A stretch of 64,000 bases of DNA from NCBI GenBank assembly GCA_032718475.1, contig JAUCBJ010003629.1, positions 1-64,000 on the forward strand, in the 5' to 3' direction. Source of the stretch: Nemertoderma westbladi. Taxonomy: Eukaryota > Animalia > Xenacoelomorpha. The notes below the pieces were generated by a model. It was not told the origin of the DNA. It made no database searches and worked only from the letters and a program-made list of their open reading frames with translations. The translations under genes were made by a program, and so were the position numbers. This document shows, piece after piece, positions 60,148 to 64,000 of this stretch (its first letter is position 1; the number at the start of each line of letters is the position of its first letter).

Positions 60148-62326
60148 TGATAAACAACCGCGACCTCTATACTAACAGCAGAACTGTTGAACAGACCAAT
60201 ACCCGTTAATATCCTTCTGCCAACCTAATAAGTTCTCGTCTAACCAATAAGACACAAAGACTGCTCTACTGTTAAGTAAAGGGGCTCAGGAGCGTGATAT
60301 TACTAAATTGTAAGGGTTGCTAAATACAAACCGCTACTTACCGTTAGATGGCGCTAATCTGCCGTCCGCTAATATATTTTACTAAATTTACACAACTCCT
60401 GCAAAATCGCTTGTTCCTTTCTCTACCGATTGCTCGATAGAGAGCTAACTGTTCGAATCTATGAGCCACGCAGGAATAACCAAAACAATAAACCCGAGTC
60501 GGCTCCCTAAGCTTACTTAAGACGAGTGCGAGAGGCCTTGCACTCAGAGTATTCTTACGCCTAATTCTATCACTATTAAAGCACGCTATTACCTACGTCT
60601 TTCTAATCGCGAATACTGGAGGTTCCCTAACGTAATGTGTGAATGCGAGAATATTTAAAATATCAAAATGGTACAGTATCTGTTTCTACGTGGATAATAC
60701 CACTCCGAGTCTAAAACTGCCCGCGACTGGCTTTAGGCCAGCAAAATTACTAGCGTATCGTGCGTACCGAATAGTGCGTTCTAGCTGATTGCCCGCTAAT
60801 GCAAATAACCGCTCAGCGTGAATAGTTTACAGTACACTAATTATTACCTTAGCTACTCTCCGCTATGCTGCGTACTAATTCTTAATTTTTTACTAATTAT
60901 TTACAGTCACAAATATTTAACAGCGTACTAATTACTAAGAGTTCCAGAATACGTAATTCTAATTTATCACGCAACAGGTTTCGCTAGTAATAGCCTAAAT
61001 TGCCGTATTACTTTGACCTAATCAATAACTAATTATTGTAACTAAGAAATAGAAATCAATCAAAGGAAAAAGAGCGCCTATCTAAGCATTCGTAATCTTA
61101 GGCACACTTCAATAACACACCAATCAGCGTTAGAAATCACAGTTTACAATTGTGCAATTCACTACTCGTACTCCACACTCAACGTTGCAACACGCGCAGG
61201 CCTCTCCCGGGTACATCTAGGATTCCTAACTAACCCAATTCCTGCCCCCCTAATACTAAATAGAGACAAAACCTGGATCATCAGCCCCCTAGATACTGTA
61301 CCGGCGATCGGTCTGCGTGCCGCAGTGCAAGATACCCGCCCGCAACGGTGACCCTGGCCAGCGTTGCCCGCTTTGAATCCTCCGCTCTCTCCTAGTCGCT
61401 CAACCCCCCGATGCGCCCACTGCCCACTGGCACCTTAGCCCTCCATGATGCTAATAGCTACCGTAGCGGCGCATGCAAATCACAAAGTCTGACAGTCTCA
61501 GGAATCCCTTGGGATTATTGCGCAGAAAAGAATCACATAGAACCATCAATCAAAGGTAGAAATCATAGTTCGATTGTAATTTGCAGTAATCGAAGGAATT
61601 ATTGAGAAACACAAGCAAAGTAATCGTACTAGCAAATCATTCCAAGAAATTAATCAAAATTAGCAAATTGCAGAAAATACGATATCCTAATACAAAATTA
61701 GAGACAGCTCAGCAAGTAAATTGTAACAGGGGTGTGTCATGTAATAAGGCATGAACATATGAACAACAAAAGGCCCTACCGGCACACCGCCAATTTATAG
61801 GTGATCCCGATGGGGTGATGCAATAAGGTGACTCAATCGCTCTCCCATTGGCTCTCCAGTCCATGCTAGCATTAAACCAACCTGGAAGCAGTTAATCCAA
61901 TAAGGAGACCGGATTGTAGCCCTATGCCCTCAAATTATTACCATATATGGTAATGGATCACGTCTCTGGCTGCTGAATGGCCAGGACAGCGTCCCTATAT
62001 GCTAGCACTATCAAACTAATATCAGCAAGCACAAAATCCAGGGTCCGAGTAAACTCGCTACCCTGGAACTATCTACATATATCCTAATACAAAATTACGT
62101 AGGTAGGGCTACATACTATACAAAATGAATGGATGCAAAATATATGGGCGTTTTAACTTCCTTACCTAAATGTCACCACACTGCGCCTTATCTAAATAAT
62201 TATACTGCACAACGGACTAATATTACGTACAGTATAACGGACTAATACTGCATACTGCATAATGGACTAATACTGCATACTGCATAATGGACTAATACTG
62301 TGGATACAGCGCCATATACCGTAACA
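60148..62326 (-). repeat. 5' LTR of element C
   Basis: Starts TGTTACGG and ends GTTTATCA on the minus strand. Short 25-bp tandem repeats near the U3 start (~62240-62300). Confidence 0.95.
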
Positions 62327-64000
62327 CTGGGGGACCATTCTGGTGGAATGCTTTGCCATTAAATCCTTCGTTATTCTCAGCAAAACATGATACCAATTCA
62401 TATATTTCATCTTGTAAAAAGACATCCTTTTTGCCTGTTTATGAATGGGCATATTGTACTGTATACTGTTATTAAATGCAGTTGGGACCTTATACTGTAC
62501 TAGGTACTGTACTGGGTTGTAGATATATGATATCTTTAAGTTTGGAAACTCATCTGACAGTTTCAGGGAGTTGTTGTTGGAGTATTACTAGGCAGCCACA
62601 GTATTCCCAACCAATCACACCAGCACATTCCAGAATTGTGAACTTGTATGCTACTAAGACTGAGTGGCCATTTGCAACATTTACTATAATGGAACCTAAA
62701 CGGGCATTTAATTAACGGATTCTTCAGGACGATTGTGGTCTGGCCTCTGTTAAGAGAGTGATACCTCTGTTACTTGGGATATTAATTGAGCATCTTGGCA
62801 CCCGCTCCAGACATAAAGCTCGTTTAAAAACCATTTGCTTTTTATCACAGAATCATTCCCAATTTGAGAGCCGGTAAATCCAGGACACGTTCGTGGGGCC
62901 TTCGCGCAGCACGAGGCCCAGTTATTAGATACAAATTAAAATTGAGCGACTGTATCACAAAATCAGGTTTTGAGAAATTTACCCACACCACCAATCAATC
63001 AAAGAAAGGGGGACAGTACGTGTTCACCCCTTTTAATCCTCCCCCCCCCCCTCCACCCTTCCCAACCACCAATACATAACCGGGACATCTACCACACACG
63101 GAAGGGTAGCACGAACTTATTTCCAATCGCACGTTAAATATGCAAAGCCAGGTGGTTTATAGGAATATAATAAACGCAGTACTCGTTTTCATTATAAGCC
63201 TCTTTGCGTTCGTCCTGTTTTGTATTTAAATATATTTCTTAAACGCAGGCTAGGACGATCTTTATAATAATAATAACTAGGGATGCGATCAATATGTGAA
63301 GCCAGGTGGTTTATATAATAATTTAGTCAACGCAGTACTCGTCTTCATTATATGCCTCGTTGCGCTCTTCGCTTGTCCTGTTTTGTCATAAAATATTTTT
63401 CCTAAACGCAGACTGACGATCTTTATACAGTTATAACTATGCGAAGTTTCGAAACTGTGCGAGTAACTGTTGATACATTTATGTGGAGATGTGTGATATG
63501 TGGAGATGTGTGATACAACGCCAACGCATCTTATGCCGATGTAGTAATATGGGTATTGAAATAATATTAAATCAATGTACACTCTTAAAGCTGCAGCGAA
63601 AAAATGTAGCTAATTTCCTAGGTTACATATAAAATAATAATATTATTTTTAAGAACATCAATTTTACTACTTTGCAAAAATTCAATTAAAAAATAACCAG
63701 ACATATACATTGTGGAATAAACTATTTCAGAAGCCTACACAACAGCCATGCCATGGATTGTATTTATGTTATTATATCTGTCATTTACCTGAGATAGCAA
63801 TACAACACTTATAGTAGAGTCAATACAGGAAGGATGTTGGGATGTTGGATTTCAAGAATGATGTCTGGGCTGGAATAGCAATACTGGTTGCCTATTACAG
63901 TACAATTCCTCTCTGGTTAGTCTACAGCCACAACTCCAAGCCAGCTAGCTCCACACCAGCAGAGACTTGACCAATAATCATTCCCAGCAAATAGCTGCCT

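Larger units (their letters stand above)
43852..62326 (-). mobile_element. Large (18.5 kb) BEL/Pao LTR retrotransposon C with an extra ORF
   Basis: 2179-bp TG...CA LTRs, 5-bp TSD CTGGG (43847-43851 / 62327-62331), domain order gag-(PR)-RT-RH-IN, ORF3, and PPT-like TTGGAGCGG ending at 46031. Confidence 0.95.

Noticed and set aside
62476-62715. Candidate GPCR exon 3 (RYMISL...WSITRQPQY resembles DRYWSIT)
   Set aside because: Poor acceptor context, 17 extra residues between RY and WSIT, and no TM4 follows. Probably coincidence; RNA-seq would settle it.

Overview
Repeat-dense animal (probably invertebrate) genomic DNA. The only host gene I can support is the first two coding exons of an alpha2-adrenergic-like aminergic GPCR (13132-13316, 24755-24919, +). 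Everything else is mobile or repetitive. There are three BEL/Pao LTR retrotransposons: A (1-6334, -, partial); B (25653-36898, +, 1183-bp LTRs, TSD TCCTG, RT/IN deleted); C (43852-62326, -, 2179-bp LTRs, TSD CTGGG). There are also CR1-like and RTE LINE remnants, Penelope-like fragments (one with a hammerhead core), a foldback/MULE-like element with a 9-bp TSD, and many mini/microsatellites. Two observations stand out. (1) None of the three BEL/Pao elements has a tRNA-type PBS. Instead, the 11-12 nt abutting the 5' LTR are complementary to a motif inside the element's own LTR, with compensatory changes between A and B. This is the geometry of Tf1-type self-priming. (2) These elements carry a non-env third ORF with triple CCHC zinc knuckles, fused in C to a WRN/EXD/mut-7-type DEDDy 3'-5' exonuclease-like domain. 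All calls come from reading motifs by eye; no database searches were run.
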